64,000 bases of DNA from Octopus vulgaris (lineage: Eukaryota). The translations under genes and the position numbers were made by a program. Below are positions 63,172-64,000 of this stretch, in pieces; position 1 is the stretch's first letter, and every line of letters begins with the position of its first letter. The DNA lies in contig OX597818.1 in NCBI GenBank assembly GCA_951406725.2, positions 71,176,001 to 71,240,000 on the forward strand. Reading direction: 5' to 3'. The notes beneath the pieces are model-generated. The model worked only from the letters and a program-made list of their open reading frames with translations, did not search any database and had not been told where the DNA came from.

Positions 63172-63716
63172 ATCATCATCATCATCATCATCATTTAGCG
63201 TCCGTTTTCCATGCTAGCATGGGTTGGACGGTTCAACTGGGGTCTGGGGAGCCCGAAGGCTGCACCAGGCCAGTCAGATCTGGCAGTGTTTCTACAGCTG
63301 GATGCCCTTCCTAACGCCAACCACTCCGAGAGTGTAGTGGGTGATTTTATGTGCCACCGACACAGGTGCCAGACGAGGCTGGCGAACGGCCACGCTCGGA
63401 TGGTGTTTTTATGTGCCACCGACACAGGTGCCAGACGAGGCTGGCAGACGGCCACGCTCGGATGGTGTTTTTATGTGCCACCGACACAGGTGCCAGATGA
63501 GGCTGGCGGACGGCCACGATCGGATGGTGTTTGTTACGTCCCCAAAGCACGGAGGCCAGTCTATGCGGTACTGGCTACGGCCACGTTCGGATGATTTTCT
63601 TGTGTGCCACCGGCACTGGTACCACAAAGATACAAATTCCATTGATGTTCATCTATTTTGATTTGTTTTGATTTGATTTGATTTGATTTTCACTTGCCTC
63701 AACAGGTCTTCACAAG
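63172..63716 (-). mobile_element. RTE R1-related 3' UTR with three ~62-bp tandem units
   Basis: (CAT)n tail; repeats at 63345-63530. Confidence 0.85.
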
Positions 63717-63803
63717 TATATATATATATACATGTGTGTGTGTATTATATATATATATGTGTGTGTATATTACATATATATATATATATATATGTATTAT
63801 ATA

Positions 63804-64000
63804 CAGTGGGGGGAAATAAATATTCGTACATGTCAAAATTCTTTATTTATTTAATTTCTAATGAACATAAATGGGATATGCCACTATTATATATTTGCAT
63901 ACACATGCATAAACTAAGAATATGCAAAAGAAACTAATAAATTATAGTAACTAATGAATTTATATACAATTGTAAATATTTAGGGGTGAAAAAAGTATTC
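63804..64000 (+). mobile_element. Tc1/mariner left end (IR/DR type)
   Basis: TA|CAGTGGGGGGAAATAAATATTC, with a similar inner repeat GGGGTGAAAAAAGTATTC at the window end. Confidence 0.7.

Overview
AT-rich, microsatellite-dense animal DNA made almost entirely of nested transposable elements. The repeat repertoire resembles an Octopus/coleoid genome (inference), and there is no confident host protein-coding gene. Main elements: a young CsRn1/Kabuki-type Ty3/Gypsy LTR retrotransposon (5403-10676); a ~9-kb 49-bp satellite directly upstream of a LINE ORF1; two APE-RT LINE families (A and B) with CCCH-finger ORF1s; two RTE families; a CR1 fragment; Penelope-like remnants with four minimal hammerhead ribozymes; tRNA-derived SINEs; a Helitron, MITEs, a hAT relic and a Tc1 end. 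Best candidate novel system: both LINE families place a U-UUU-UU(A/G) heptamer, inside a sequence-divergent hairpin, just after the point where the -1 (ORF2) frame opens inside ORF1. Family B ORF2 has no AUG before its endonuclease. This suggests retrovirus-like -1 frameshifting in non-LTR retrotransposons. The same LINEs share a 3' stem-loop signal with a local SINE. Coordinates were read by eye and may be off by a few bases.
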